Source: Lama guanicoe | Lineage: Eukaryota | Direction: 5' to 3' | Length of the DNA: 64,000 nt | Assembly: GCA_013239625.1 (NCBI GenBank) | Contig: MU053934.1 | Coordinates: forward strand, 12,311,413-12,375,412 | In this document: positions 42,268-56,539 of the stretch, piece after piece | Layout: every line of letters starts with the position of its first letter | Position numbering within the stretch: the stretch's first letter is position 1 | The notes under the pieces: generated by a model | Databases searched by the model: none | What the model was told of the DNA's origin: nothing | What the model saw: the letters and a program-made list of their open reading frames with translations, nothing else | Made by a program: the position numbers and the translations under genes

Positions 42268-43019
42268 TGATTTACAATTAACACGATTTACAAAAAGGGC
42301 TGGGGGCTGTCCTGGCGGAGCTGGTCCTGGCCACCCCAGACCTAGGCAGGGCCTCCAGGTCAGCCTGTCTGACAGGCTGAGACCAGGACCCCAGTCTGCT
42401 GGGCCTCTTCTGGCCGCCTGGGCCTCGACGTCTGACGTCCAGCTTGACCTTTGAGGTGGGGCCTGCAGCACAGAGTCTACTCAGAGTGCCAGCGCCCCGC
42501 GGGGCAGGCCAGCGAGGTCAGGAAGGCATCGTACCGCTTTTCTGCCCCCCATCCTGGCAAGGCAGACAGACACAGTCTGGGCACTAGGTCCTGGGGGCCG
42601 CAGGCACTCAGACCCCGTCCAAAGAGGCCAAACCCAGGTATCTGAGGCGGCTGCTGGTGCTCGAGGAGGGGGGCTGAGGCCCGACTGCCCCCAGCAACCC
42701 AGCAGGTCGCCGGGGGCGTAAGGCACGTTTTCAAAATCACTCAGGAAACTTGACTGGAGACACCTGATGCTGGTTCTGCAGGAGGGAGCTGGTGCTGGTG
42801 GGCGCCCGGCACTATTGCTCAGAAAGATGCTGTGTGGCTAGAAACACTGAGGTTGGGGCTCCCCCGCCGCACACACACTTGGAAGCCCAGGGGCTCTTCC
42901 TCTGCTGGAGAGAGAAGGGCTGAGCTGCTGACTCAGCCTCACTCCCCAGGGGCTGCCCAACGCCTGGCACTGGGCAGCACACACCTGTGCCTGAAGACCG
43001 TGATGGTGGAGGTTGGAGA

Positions 43020-46000
43020 TCAGAGGTCGGTGACCTTGTTCTCAAGTGCAGCTGCAATCTGCTGGAGGCGGAAGGCCAGCTGCATCTTCTGGGCGGTGGG
43101 ATCCTCCTCCAGGGCGTTGATGATCTTGGGGGCAGGGGGCATCGTGTCAAACCACGGCCGGGGAAGGGGCTGCCTGAGCACTGCCATCCCCGGAGGACCA
43201 GACCCCTACCTCATCGTAGTACTTCTGCGTGTACTGGCAGAGCTGGTGCAGGGCCACGAGGGTGTTCAGGGAGTCCGTGTGTGCCTGGGAGGATGGGGAG
43301 GGCTATGTGACCCCACGGGCAGGAGGCCATTCCCCACGGGAGCAGGGAGCTGTGACAGTGGCACCATGCAGGCGGGCCCTACTATCAGAGCACTCAGGCA
43401 CACAGGGTGCCGTGGACAGACAGACTGCCATCCACGTAGACACACGGCAAACAGGGCTGGTCCAGAGCAGCTCACAACCTCCCCACCACCCAACCCAGCA
43501 CACCTGGTCAGACACAGGTGCCAGCCCCTCTGGTCCCAGCTCTGTTCTCTCTCCTGTAGGCACAGCCTCACCCGGCCCCGCAGTGTGGTCTCCTGCCCCA
43601 CTCAGAGGAGGCCTTCAGGGCCGGGTGGAGGGTAACCCCAGGGGTTAGTATGCCCTGTGCCCCCTTACCCGGGAAATCTCTGCCAAGTGTGTGTTCATGT
43701 CCTGGTCGCTGACCTGCACCATCTGTCTGATCCCCTTGTAGTAGCTGTGGAGGAGGGGGAGTTACAAGGAGGGGAGGGTCAGTGGTTCCCAGAAGCAGGA
43801 CCTGAAGCTACCCCTGGGGCCCTCCTTCTGATCACAGCCTGCACCACCCCGGTCCCCTCTGGGTGGGGGTTGAGGGTGGGCAGCCAGGGTCTGGCCAGCG
43901 AGGTAGGGGTCACTCACTCCTCCACCATCTTCTTGTAGGTGGAGATCTCCTTGGCGTAGAGTAGCTTGTTGCTGGGAGAGTCCTGTGGGGGTTGGAGCCA
44001 AGTGATGCCTAGGCCAAGATGGCTGGTGCCCCTACCCTCGGGCCCTCACCTGCTCAGGACACCGAGAGGAAGGGGGGGTGCAAGGGGCAGGGTCCAACTG
44101 GGTAGGTGCCCCAGCCCGGCCATAGACCTGAGAGGAACTCCTTGTGCTTTTGTCATTTTGTAATCTGTAGTAAAACTCACTTTTTCTTTCCCACGGGAGG
44201 GGAAGGAGAACAGGGTCCGAGGCTGCCAGATGGGCCACTCCCCAGGGGACCTCCCAAGCTTTGCCTCCCATAGCCCAGGTACCCCACACCCGCCTCCCTT
44301 GTTCCAGCCCCAAATGTGCAGATCCACATCCCAAACCTCCTGGCATGTCCCAAACTGCCTTCCTCACCCCCATCACAACCATGTTCCCTGCCCCCTCCCG
44401 ACACTTCCCAGTCCAGCCCTGTTCCCACCACCCCGTCTAAAGCGCGCACTCACGCGGCTCAGCTTGTGCTCTGTGCGTGTGCAGGCGTCCATGAAGGTCT
44501 GCGCGATGACTGACAGGGAGGCATCCACCACCTCGTGGACATGGACGTCAAAGATGAAATGGGGGTTCTTGAGGATGTTCACCCAGAACCGGAGGGGTAA
44601 ACTGAGGCAGGACAACAGGACAACAGGGAGTGAGGGGCCGCTGAGACCCTGGAGCAGGGCGGGCAGTGGGACGGAGCCCCCACCTGTTGGTCTTCCAGAT
44701 GTGGATGGTGTCCTCATCCTTGATGTCATGCTTCTCCGCCTGCTCGTCCAAGAAGTCGAAGAAATACTTGACAGCGGGCGGCACGGCGAGCCCAGGCGCT
44801 AGCACGCTCTGGAAGAAGTTGTCCACGAACTGCTGCAGCGTGCCCTGTGGGGCAGGAAGGGGGCTCAGCACGCAGGCCGGTGCCTCCCGGGGCTGCCGCC
44901 CACACCCTCCACACCCACCTTGACCGAAAGCAGGCGCGTCAGGTAGATCTCGGTGATGGCCTTGGTGCGTTCCTTCTCCTTCATGCTGCCACGCTTGGAC
45001 TTGCCTTCATCCACCTCGTCCGCTGGCCGCACGAGGTGCCACACTCGGTTCTCCTCCTCCAGGAGCGCATGGCCTGTGGGGAGCGGGCGCTGGAGGATGA
45101 GGGCTGGAGCCCAGGTCCGGGGTCCTGTGCTAGGCTCAGCAGCTCCCCCCAGATGGCAACCAGGTGGACACTGGCTCACAATGGCCTCCAGAAGCCAGAA
45201 GAGTAGGGACAAGAAGAAGGGACTCACGCTCCCCAGGGAGGTCCTGCTGGCTGTCCTCAGGTTGCTGGGAGACCCCCACCTTGGACAGGATGAGCGTGGC
45301 TCCATCCCGGACCTGGGGAACACAGTCATGAGGGCAGGCCTCCTGCCGCGATCTCAGCAGGAAACCCGGCCCCCCACGCCCGCACTCACGTTGTAGTGCA
45401 TCAGCGTGTTGATGCGCCTCCAGCGGCCCTCCCGCTGAGAGGTCAGGTCCAGGTCTGACAGGATCTGGGCTGTGGACCCAGGACGCCACTCTGTGGGAGG
45501 ACATGGCCCAGCTCCGGGAACCCGGCCACAGACTGTCCCACCCGGACTCCCTCTTGCTGACCTCCCACTCAACCCGGCCGACCAGGGTTCCAAAGGCAGC
45601 ACCCTTCCAGGGCACAGGCACACAGGAACTGCTCACCGAGGACCACACTGTCAGCCTTGGGCCAGCGGGAGCAAGGCTGCGTGCGGTACACCTGGTCGAT
45701 GATCTTCTCCTTGACCTGGGAGATGGTGTCACAGTTGAGGACCTTGACGGGGATGGCGTCGACCCCTTCATCCTGGACGATCACGTTCACTGTCTGCCAG
45801 GGGTGACAATGACAGGCCAGTTGGGGACGGCCCCTTGCCCTCACTTGCCACAGACGCAGGAGCAGCCTTGGGCCTCCTCTGATGGCTACACCCTCAGGTT
45901 GGCAGGGCAGGGGAGGGGGTATAGGTCCTGAGCCCTCCCAGCACCCAGGGCCTGACCCTGTGCTGCCTGGCCTGGCTCAGCAGGACAGATGGCAGAGGAA

Positions 46001-49000
46001 CAGCTCAGGGGACTGCTCGCTCCCAGGTATCACATGATACACAGTTATCACGGGAGCGCACGCACAGACCACACGGCCCAGACAGCCCGGCCTCCCCCGG
46101 AACCCAGTGCTCTGGTGTCTCGTGGCCCCGCCCTGTGCCCAGTGAGCATGCGCTCACCACCACACACTTGGTGTGCCCAGGTCCCACACACGCTGCAGCA
46201 GGCCAGGCACCCAGGAGGCAGATGGCTTGGGGTCATGACACTTACAGCCTCTCTAAGGACCAAGCCTGCTGAGGTGCCAGGACCCGGACCCTCCCTGGAC
46301 ACGACTGGGCCCAGCACAAGGGAATATGTTCTCATGCAAGTCCATGAAGGAGGTGAAACGAGCACAGCTTCTGGTCGGGAGGCTGGCCTGGAGCCTGGCC
46401 CTGAGGTCTCCCAGCAGCCCACCTGGCCCCAGGCGCTCACCAGGGGTGCGTACTCCACGTCGTCCCCTAGCAGCCCCGTGTCATTGAGGGTGTACTTGGC
46501 TTTCTTCTGCACGGCGTCCACTGGCCCCTTCTCCACCTGATGCTTGATGGCCTTGAAGAGCTTGTAAAGCGGCTCGCCAGCGCTGTCCTGGAGCAACGCA
46601 GGGTAGCGGAGCCTTGGACGGGACTGACCCATGCCAGGGCAGGGAGCAAACCCATCCAGGTGGACACAGGGGGTGGACTTTGTGGGCTACAGTGCCACCT
46701 CACCCCACCCCACCCCACAGCTAGGCCTGTGAAACCCACCTTGAGGTACTGGTACAGGCAGATAGACATCCAGTTAGACAGCATCCTCTCCACCACCGTC
46801 TCAGACCTGGAGGTGCAGACGCCTTGAACTGAGCAACCCTTCACTGCCCCTAGGACCAGCCTGCTCTTCCAAGTACCCAGACCACTTCCATTTGCAGCCC
46901 AGCCTCCACCCAGGCCCTGGGCCTCCACTGGGATGTACACTACAGCCTGCAGTGACCAATCTCCCAGGTCCCCGAGGGTGGCCATTTCATCCTTCTCCCC
47001 ATCCTACAGAGGGCCGATGACAATGGAGCTAGTGACCAGCAAGGACCACCTGCTAGAAGGGACGCTACTCCTGCCTCCCCCCTCCCCACTCACTTGCACT
47101 GGCGGCACCAGCCCACAAACCAGGTACACAGACAAGCCCGTGTCACCTCACTGCCACCCCCGCGGCCTCTGCCCTTCCCCACACACCTGCGCAGCATCAG
47201 CTTAGGGTTCTTGGCCACCACGTACTGCTCCATGAGCTCCAGGAAGAGCGTGCGCATGATGTCCGTGTAGTACTCCAGCTTCCCGTGCAGAGCCACAGTC
47301 AGCAGCGACGCAAAGTAGACCTTGGCACGGGCTGAGAACTCACGCTGGTTCTCCAGGGTGTGGATGAACTACAGGGGCGCGGGTCGGAGCCCATCAGGCA
47401 CAGAGGGCAGCGTCCCCAAGCTGCGAGCTCCGCTCAGCTCTGCTCGCCCCAGACACCTCGCCCTCTTGTAGCCCTGCTCCGCGATCCCCGCCCCGCCATG
47501 GAGCCCCGCCCCCCGTGACATCACAGTCCCGCCCCGCTCACGTTGATGAGGAAGCATTTGCTGTTGAGCAGATTGGAGAACTGGTAGAGCGCCTGCTCCA
47601 CGACCTGCCGCCGTGACTCAGGGATGTCCAGCTTGCCCGTGATCATCACATCCTTGTCGCCGTCCTTCGAGGGCAGGAAGAAGACGCGGTCGGTGTAGGT
47701 CTTGTAGTCCAGCACGGGGATGCCCGCCTCGTGCACGTCGTTCGTCTGGTCCTCCATCTCGATCATCAGGTCTGGGGGGAGGCCGGGGTGAGGCGTCTGG
47801 GCCCCGCCCTCCTCCGCCCCTCCCGGCCCTCCTCCAGCGCTCCAGCCCGAGCCCACTGGACCCCCACCCGTGAACTCCTTCTTGCAGCGGTCTCGCACGC
47901 TCTCCTCCAAGCCCTCCAGCTGGGACTTGATCTTCTCGTACTCGCGCTCCGCCTGCTGGCTCTTCCTCCTGGGGGCACAGGGAAGCTCCTGGGACCTGGC
48001 CTGGGTTGTGCCCGCTGGTGGGTGTGGCCAGAGGGGCTGAGGCTACGGGGGAGGGGCTCACCAGTAGCAGTAGACAGACACAGCGATGACAGCCACCATG
48101 GGCACGATGACCAGTGGCAGGATGAGGCTGAGTGGCACATCACTCACACGCGTGTCATACTCCACGCGGCCCAGCACCCACTCCCTGGAGCCAAACTTCA
48201 CCTGCATTGAGAGGTGGACTGAGCAAGGGCAGATGTGTGGCTAGGACCAGGAAACCCAGAGCCACCACCAACACACCTCCAATGCTCCCCACGCCCTCCT
48301 CCCTGGCCGGGCTCAGCCCTGGCTCCTCCCCTACCCGACACGCACAATGAACTCAGGCAGGTTGTGGGTCGTGTCCCGCTTCTGCCGCCGCTTGGGGGGA
48401 GGCTGCACCTCCGGGGGCTCACAGTACAGATCCGTCTCTGTCAGCGTCTTCATGATGCAGCGCTCGGCACCCACGAAGGCCTCAGCCTCGTGAAGAGTCA
48501 TTGCCTTGTTCAGATTAGTGCCCTGTGGGGGAGGGGGGTCACAGTGACCAGGGGCAGGCAGGGCTGCCTGGACCAGCTCAGCCCAGATCCCGAGCTGCTC
48601 CCCTACACATGCCCGCTCAGGGCCTGACCCCGGGGGGCTGCGCTGGTCCTCACCCGGGCGTGGATGAGCTTGTTGACCTGCTTCTTGACGCCCCCAGTGA
48701 AGTTCTCGAAGGTGGGGTCGGCGACGTACTCAAAGGCACCAGCCTCGGTCCTGAGCAGGGCGCGGTGCCCGTCCATCTGAACAAGTGCTGTGAGGTTGTA
48801 GGCCTCGGGCTCCTCGGGGACGGCCGGGGACAGGAACACAACCCTGGAGTCGTTGTAGAGCACATACTCCGTGCCCACCACCTAGGAGCCGAGGCAGGGC
48901 GGTGAGGCTCCTGGCACAGGCCGCACCCCTCTGACACGCTCCCCGCAGCCAGCACCGGGACTGACCGTCACGGGCTGCAGGGGCCCGGCCTCCCGCCGCC

Positions 49001-52000
49001 GCTGCCAGGACGGCAGGGGCTCGGCTATGACCACCATGGCGAACCGCTGGATCAGGCTGAAGCCTTGCCCGGTGACGTTGATGCTCCGGCCACCACTGGG
49101 GGACAGGGAGGGGCACCTGAGTGGGCATGACTGGGCCAAGGAGGTGCCCAGCCAGCTTCAGAGCAGGTGCCCTGCAAGGCGCTGTCTCATCAGCTCCCCA
49201 ACTCAACTCTGGCCACGTGGTGGCTTGCAGAGCGCGGGGCATGGAGTCCCCAACCCCACCCTGCTTTGGGGCACACATGCAGGTCTGTGTGAGCCCAGCC
49301 TGCTGCAGGGTTTGGATGTGCTCAGAGCTGGTGACAGGACAGCCACCGTGGACTGTCAGAAGCTGAACAAAGGGGTTTCTAGGGGGCAGTTGATTTGGGG
49401 GTACACTGGGGACTTTTGGAGGCCTCCTGCCACCCAGACCAGCTGCACCACATTTTCTTTCACAAGCCCAGTGGGCAAAGGGTGCCCCAGAAGTAGCTGG
49501 ATGGGGCGGGTGTAGCAGGCAGTGTGGGAGTGGGGGCGCCTGTCGGGGGGGAGGGAGCGGCCACACCTGACAAAGCTCCGCAGCGGCTCGAAGGCCCGCA
49601 GCACGGGGTTCTCACGGTAGGTGAAGGTGACGCCAGCGCTTTCCACCTCGGAGCCCCCGTAGGAAATCTTCAGGGACAGCTCTCCCGGGACCAGCTGGGG
49701 GCCGGTGACACACTGGAGCTGCACCCCAAACTGCGTCCTGTGGGTGGGGATTGCCAGTCAACATCTACCCAACCCTGGGACCAACCAGTCCCAGGCCGGG
49801 GGTCTGTTCAGGACAGAGGAGCATTTGAGGTGTGTGCCATGGCCAGAGGGCCCCCACCCGGTCCCCAGGACCAGGGCAGATGAGGGATTCACCAGCCTGT
49901 GGGCGACACCCACACTTTACAAGGGACGTCGTTGAGGGTCACCCGCACATCTTCCTCAGAGCCTGTGTCCAGATGGGTACCGTTGATGGTCAGAGTGGTG
50001 CCACCCGCCTGTGGCCCCTGCTTTGGCTCCACACTGAGGGGCTGGGGCTGCTAGAAGGGCGACAGGTGTGTTTGGCTCAGGGTAGGGGCAGCAGGGCTGC
50101 TGCCCTTCCTCCCTCCCAGGCCTTGACAGGCAACAAATGTGGTCAGAAGGAGGCAGGGGCACAGCCTGGCCATCCCACAAGTCAGCCTGGGTCCCTCCAA
50201 GGCCAGATCCCATCCACATCTCCCACCAACCTGTGAGGCCCACCTGGGCCCCCAGACCAGGTACTTACCTGGTAGGTGAACTGGACGTGGGGAGGCGAGT
50301 GGCCGAGCTTCCCGCTGACGTCCACTTCGATGCCCCCTGTGCAGGGCTCCTTTGCAGCCTCAATGGCACACACAATCCTAGGCAGGGGGCGGGCAAGCGG
50401 CTCACTCTAGGGCCTCCCCAGGCCCTAGCGGGCTGGCACGTCAGCAGGTGTGCAAACCCTGGGCACCCATACACCTGGACCACGTCCTTCCTCTCCACCC
50501 CCGGTCACCTGGCCCCCCCGGGGTACAGACCGGCCTAGCCACTGGGGCCTGGCTGTGGGCTGTCCACTCACCGGGTGGACACGGAGTACCGTTCCGGCTC
50601 AAAGGCGCAGGTGCGGCCAGCCACAGTGACCCTCTTCACGTCGTCCGCTCTGACCCCCAAATTTGACCCAAGGATAGTGATGCGGATGCCCCCGCCCAGC
50701 GGGCCGGTCTCAGGCTGGATCTGAAATTGGCAGAGCCCAGCTGACCGGGGGCCTGGTGGGCTGGGATGTGCGGGTAGGCTGGAGCCCTGGAGTCCCTCCC
50801 CGCAGGGGCAGGGAGGGCGGCTCACCCTGGTGATGACGGGCGGTGGGCACTCGGAGGTGACGCTGCTGCACAGGGCCTCATACACGCACCTGCCCTGCCC
50901 GCCACACCACACACACTTGTAGGCAGGGTCGGCGGCCAGGCACAGGCTGCAGTCGCTGCGGCCGAAGGAGCAGTTGTACAGCGTGACTGTCGGGGGAGAA
51001 GCTGGCAGTCGGCAGGGCCGCCCTGCTCCCCACACCCCACAGCCCGGCTGCCTCCCTACCCACCTTGGAGCTTGCTGTCGATATTCTTGCCGTGGGACTT
51101 GACATACAGATGCAGGGGCAGTGTCTCGTTGGCGTCATAGGACAGCTGGGGGACACATGGGGACATGCTGCACTCCCTGCTCCCACCCAACCCCCAGAGG
51201 GTGACCACCACACCCACAATGGCCAGTGCTGTCCTCTTACGGCCAAGGGGCAGCGAGGGGAGGACTCCAGGAAGCTGGAAGCTGGACTCTCAGAGCTACA
51301 AAGGATTATGTTGATTCGAGGGAGATGGGAGGACACAGGGCTGCTCTGAGGTCACACCTGCTTGGCTGGCTGCCACTGCTTCCTCGGCAGGGCGGCATGG
51401 TGAGCCTCCCCCTGGCCCGACCCTTGGGGTCCAGCAGCCTGGCCTGCCCACCCTGAAAGCCATACCTTTGGGGTCTGAAAGTAGAAGGTTCCTGGCTCCT
51501 GAATGATGACTGGCTCCTCAAACTTGAGCAGGTCACTGCCTACATGCAGGGAGGAGCCCTGCCAGACAGGCTGGTCAGGATATCCTGGACAGGCCAGCCC
51601 GTCCCACATGCCCACCCCAGGCCCCACACAGCTCCCAGGTCAGCTCAGGCACTCTCATCCCAGCTGACTGCTCGGCCACTCCTGGACAGGCCACAGCATG
51701 GTCAACCCCAAGCTCACAGCCCTGCTCTGTCCCCTCCTAACCTCTCTGTCTCCTTTCTGCCTATGTTCTCGAGGCCCGTCCAAATGCCCTAGTGCCCTCC
51801 CAGACCTCCCTGAGTCCTCCATGTGCTGGGTCCTGAGCCAGGGGAAGCCTGGGTGGGGCCCCAGCATGCAGCTCCTGGTTGCAGGAGGATGCTCTGAACT
51901 AGCCCCACAGCTCTCCATCAGCCAGGCAGCACGGCCCCTGCTGGGACCCCCATGCCTGCCTGCACCGGTCAGTCCCTGTCCCCAGGCTGGGGTCCCACAG

Positions 52001-55000
52001 ACTGCCCACCTTCACTGTGTCCAGGTTCTTGCCCTCAAATGTCACGTCCGTCTCGTGGTTCATGGGGATGACCAGTGGGCTGGGGTTCAGGAAGTGGGGA
52101 CAGTTGTCCTCCTGGAGAGGGTGGGGCAAGGCTGGTCAGGCGCTGCCTGGCCGTGGCTGAGCAGTGTGGCTCCCGCACGGCCCGCACGGCACCCCCTCAC
52201 CATGTGGGCACTGACGACGCTGTCCTCGGGGCTGGGCGAGGCCTTCTGACACTCGTGGTGGTGCAGGTCCCACTGGCAGGTCCAGCGGCTGCTGGTGCAG
52301 GAGATGCACCTGGAGGAGAGGGTGGTGAGGAGCGCCAGGTCCTGGGGGCGGGGGGCGGGGGGCGGGGGGCTGCAGCACTCACGGCAGGTTCTCCGCCAGG
52401 CTCACGGCCTCCCGGCAGTCGTAGAAGGGATACAGGTGGGAGGTCAGGAAGATGTTGCCGCGTCTGAAGAGCAGCTGGATGTTCACAGCCACGTAATCTG
52501 TAGACAGCAGGTGGGGACAGTGTCAGGCAGGGCCACAGGGTGCAGGGTAAGGCTGGCACCACAGGGACAGGAAGGCGGGAATCAGGCCTCCTCTGGCCAC
52601 AACTCCTCTTTCCACTGGAGCTACCAATGGGCTCTCGAGCACAGAACCAGAAGCCACGTATGCAGACCACAGTGTGAGTGGGGCTCTGCGGGCTGCCCAC
52701 CAACTGGCACTTGGGCTCAGCCTGGCCAGCAACGGATATCAGATCTCAGCTCAGGCGTCGGTGCCGGGATGGGTTCATGTCGCTCCCCAGGGTCTGTGCT
52801 GTCGGGCCCTTTCTGTCCCTTGGCGTCTGGGGCAGAGCACCTGCCAGGTCTCTGCTACGTCACTGCATGGCCCCCGCCTTCACCAGTGCACCATCCTCCT
52901 CTGGCACCAAATGCTCAGCGCCTGCCCTGGCCTCTGGGCACTGCCCCACCTGTCTCAAGCTGGGACCCAGGTCGTGCTAAGAATGCATAACAGAAGCAGG
53001 ATCAAAGGGCTCAGGAGTCAGCCTCAGGATGGGGGCCAGGAACTGACCGTGTGCACCCTACACAGTGCAGGGAGCCCAGGATCGGAGCTGGGGGTGGGCC
53101 TCCACCCTGACCACCCGTCCTCCGCCCCAGCCTGCACCCTGCGGACCAGGCTTGATAAGTGGGTGCATGTGGCCCCAGGTGAAGAGAAAGGAAGTGCCCC
53201 TCCAGTAGCCAAAGGACAGGGGCCTCACCCTGGCCAGGCGGCGTGCTAGGAATGCTGCTTGGGGACTTGCAGACCACGGCGCCCCCCTCCACACGGGCAG
53301 GATGAGGCGGAGAGTCTCCGAAGAGGCAGAGCAGCTCATCCTCCTTGCTCAGGGCCGGGAGGGGACTGACGGTCAGCTGCACCTGGGGAAGGGCCATGTG
53401 GCTCACACCAGGAGCCCTCTGCCCAGCCTTGGGGTGCAGGGGAACCTCCTGCCCCACCCAGAGCCCCTGCCATCTGGCTGTTCTCCTGCAGCACCCCTCC
53501 TCCCTAGAGAAGCCTCTAGAACCTGACTCCATTTCATTTGAAACAGGTCCCTATGTGGTCACCGGAGCAACTCCTGGACTAGGGTCTGGGTCTGCTCTGG
53601 ATACTCAGGAGACCCCAGGTCAAAGGGGCCAGGGGACCCAAAAAGGATGGGGTCCCTGTCCCCCAGCTTAGCACCCAGAGCCCAAGCCAGGAGCAAGGAG
53701 GTGGACTGTGGGGGTCTCCCACTGCCCCAACAGCCCCTGGCCAACAGCAGCCCTGCCTCTACCCGGCCCCGCCTCACCACACACCTCCCCCTGGGCCGGG
53801 CGACTCATATTCTGTGGCTGGGCCCCGGTGATGGCCACGCAGAACTCATCCCGGCTCCACAGCCAGTGGCCACTCTCTTCAGCCCGTGGGCACTCAGCTC
53901 TCCTGGTGCACCTGCGGGAACGGGGGGCAGCTTCAGTCCTGGTACCTGTCAGCCCCCAGGATGGGGCTGCACCCCCTAGATCCCTGGGTGCTCACCGTCC
54001 CTCGACGACACACCAGCCGCAGTAGGGGTCCTGTGAGCTGCGGCACTGTGCGCAGGTCGGAAAGCTCAGACACTCCTGCACAGGGAGCCGAAACACCTGA
54101 GGGCACCAGGGCAGTGAGTGGGACCAAGACCGCCAGAGGTGACAGGCCAGCAGCCCAAAGAACATCCCTCAGACCTCAGACTTCTCTGGGATCACCAGAC
54201 TCACCCCACCTTTATTCCCAAGCCTTAACAGCCTCGACACCAACTCAAGGCTCACTAGCAAGGGCTCCAAGCAGCAGCTTCCAGCCAGGCTTTTGTGGCC
54301 CCAGCAGAAAGGCTGGGCCTGACCCCGGATCTGACGGTGCAGGACCCCAGGGGACCAGTGGAGTCCTTGGCCGTGATGCCCCTGGTGCCAGCATAGGCCC
54401 TTTTGAAGGGTTCTTACACCTGTCCCCCAATAAGCAGCAGGGCTTAACCCATGTTCCCCACTATCTGCACTTCCAGAAGCAGCTTGGGGTCCCTCGATGC
54501 CCTGTTCACCTTTGGAGGGAGGCACACTCAGAGCACTGACCCACCCTCCAAGCAGGATGGGGCCAAGGCAGAGACACAGAATAGACAGAAACTGTTTCAA
54601 AGACAAGACAGGTGCTCGAGAGACACAGGCTGGAGACACTGCCAGGACCCAATGAGAAGAGGCTTGGCCCCTTCCCATCCTGCTCTGCACCCTTCCAGGC
54701 CTCTCACAAAGGCCTGGACCTCCTCCAGGCCCACAGGCCCACCTTGTCCTGGGTCATGGCATACAGACTGGCCAGGTCCGCAGCCAGCACCAGGTCCTGC
54801 TTGATTCTCTTGTTGATCTCCACAGGGACAGAGCCATACTCCGTGGAGCTACCGTCTGGAGCCAGATACACCTGTGGACGCGAAGGCAGGTGTGTGGTGA
54901 GGGCGGAGATGGCCTCTCCAGGAGCCACCCTGCCCCAGCCCCGAGCCTCACCTTGAGGATCTGGCCGTCCGAGGTGCCCAGGAAGGCAATGGTGTGGCCG

Positions 55001-56539
55001 TTCTCGGCAGTCACTGTCACGGCTGTCAGGTTCAGGCCTCCACGCTGTAGCACGGCTGTGGCTGTGAGTCCATCGTGGCTGCCCAGGGGGTAGGGCAGGT
55101 GCTCCGAGCCACACTGGAAGCTCTCGCTGGCGCCCTATGGACCATGGTGTCAACGGTGGGCACAGAACCTCGCCCCAAGGCCTCTCCCCCAATGTCTCCC
55201 AGCACTTGTGGACCCACACACGTCCCCAAGAACCAGCTCATGCAGGCAGGGTCCCCACCCGCACGCTCACTGCTCCAAGCCCCCAGTGCCCAGTGGGAGC
55301 AACACCCAGGAGAAGTGGTAGCCACGTGACCACTCACGCTGACCTGACCACAGTGACACCCCATGCATGGGCCCCCACCAGGAGGCGGAACGTGGACAGG
55401 CAGCAACAGGCAGACCCACATGTGTGTGGTCCGAGCCCATGGGAGGGTGTGCTGAGGCCACGTACCGGCCCGTGGCCGCCACACTGGATCTCGCCGTGGA
55501 AGGGCTTGTAGAAGGTGTCTCGGCTTGCCTCCCGGGTACCCGTGTAGCAGGCGTTGCGGTTGGCCTCCATCTTGTTGTGGACCTGGTCCAGCGGGAACAG
55601 GCAGAGGCCTGCGCGGGGCCCCCTGCTGCTCCGGCCATCCTTGCTGAAGACGGTGTAGAGCACCCTGCTGGCGTCTGGCCCGGCCACGGAGGCCGCCAGA
55701 CAGGTGCCGAAGGCAGGGGCCTGGGTGTGGCCAGGGTCCAGGCAGTGCAGGTCCACCTCCACGTAGGAGTAGTAGAATGGGTCGTGCTTGCACATGCGCG
55801 CCAGCAGCGTGCGGTTCCGGGGCGGGTGCTTGTCTTGCTGGTTGAAGACAAAGAAGACGTAGGGGCCATCCTCGAAGGCAGCCACAAACTGCTGTGTGTT
55901 GGTGGACAGGTAGCCGGCCTTGTAGGTGGCATGGTCTGTGTAGGCCTCGAAGGCCTCCCTGCCATCAGCGCGGTCCAGCAGCCGGGTGCTCACGACGATG
56001 CCGTTGTCCTGGGGCCCATTGCCTTTGCCCACAAACAGCACCCGCTCGCCGCCTGGGTCCGCGGTGCTCACCAGCCCCACTGTGGCCACACTCTCATCAT
56101 TGCTGGCCACGAAGGACTTCTCACCGCTGCCATCCTCGTAGAAGAGACGCGTGGACACGTTGCTCAGGGCACGCAGGGCGCAAATGCCCTTGAAGAGGCT
56201 GCCGCACTCGACAAGGCGATTCTTGGGCGGGTCGAGCAGCAGCAGCTGATTGACGTTGTCAGTCAGCACGGCCTCGTGGCACTGGCTCGCCTCGATGGGC
56301 GGCGTACACTTCTTGTTGTCCAGGGCCGGGCCTGTGGCCGCCTGCTGCTCCAGCTGCAGGTCCGCACTCAGCTGGTAGAGCGTGTTCACTGCCCCCACAT
56401 ACACCACGCCTGACGCCTCATCCACGACCAGGTGGTTCAGCTCTGTCTCGCTGCGGAAGAAGTCCAGCTTGTGGGACCGCAGGCTCACACTCGTGCCCAC
56501 CAGGCCCAAGAGGGCCAGGGCCCAGAGCTGCAGTGCCAT
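43020..56539 (-). CDS. PLXNB2: Plexin-B2, 35 coding exons, 1841 aa
   Basis: Exons 56539-55466, 55134-54952, 54871-54743, 54096-53996, 53911-53785, 53382-53229, 52497-52383, 52309-52201, 52111-52010, 51558-51466, 51145-51064, 50986-50826, 50720-50572, 50377-50269, 50050-49914, 49737-49567, 49095-48966, 48881-48654, 48522-48346, 48201-48062, 47968-47868, 47771-47542, 47368-47187, 46806-46740, 46587-46441, 45793-45637, 45490-45390, 45312-45228, 45073-44919, 44844-44684, 44601-44454, 43982-43918, 43744-43669, 43284-43210, 43124-43020; sum 5526 nt. Signal peptide [13 protein letters not shown], Sema, PSI and IPT domains, furin site KRRQKR, TM helix, GAP motifs LMLRRSE and SLPLRFW, C-terminal VTDL*. 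Confidence 0.97.

Noticed and set aside
55367..56413. 348-aa plus-strand ORF and similar long antisense ORFs (for example 23993-24892, 42832-43635)
   Set aside because: These are antisense shadows of GC-rich exons, where stop codons are scarce; no recognisable domains.
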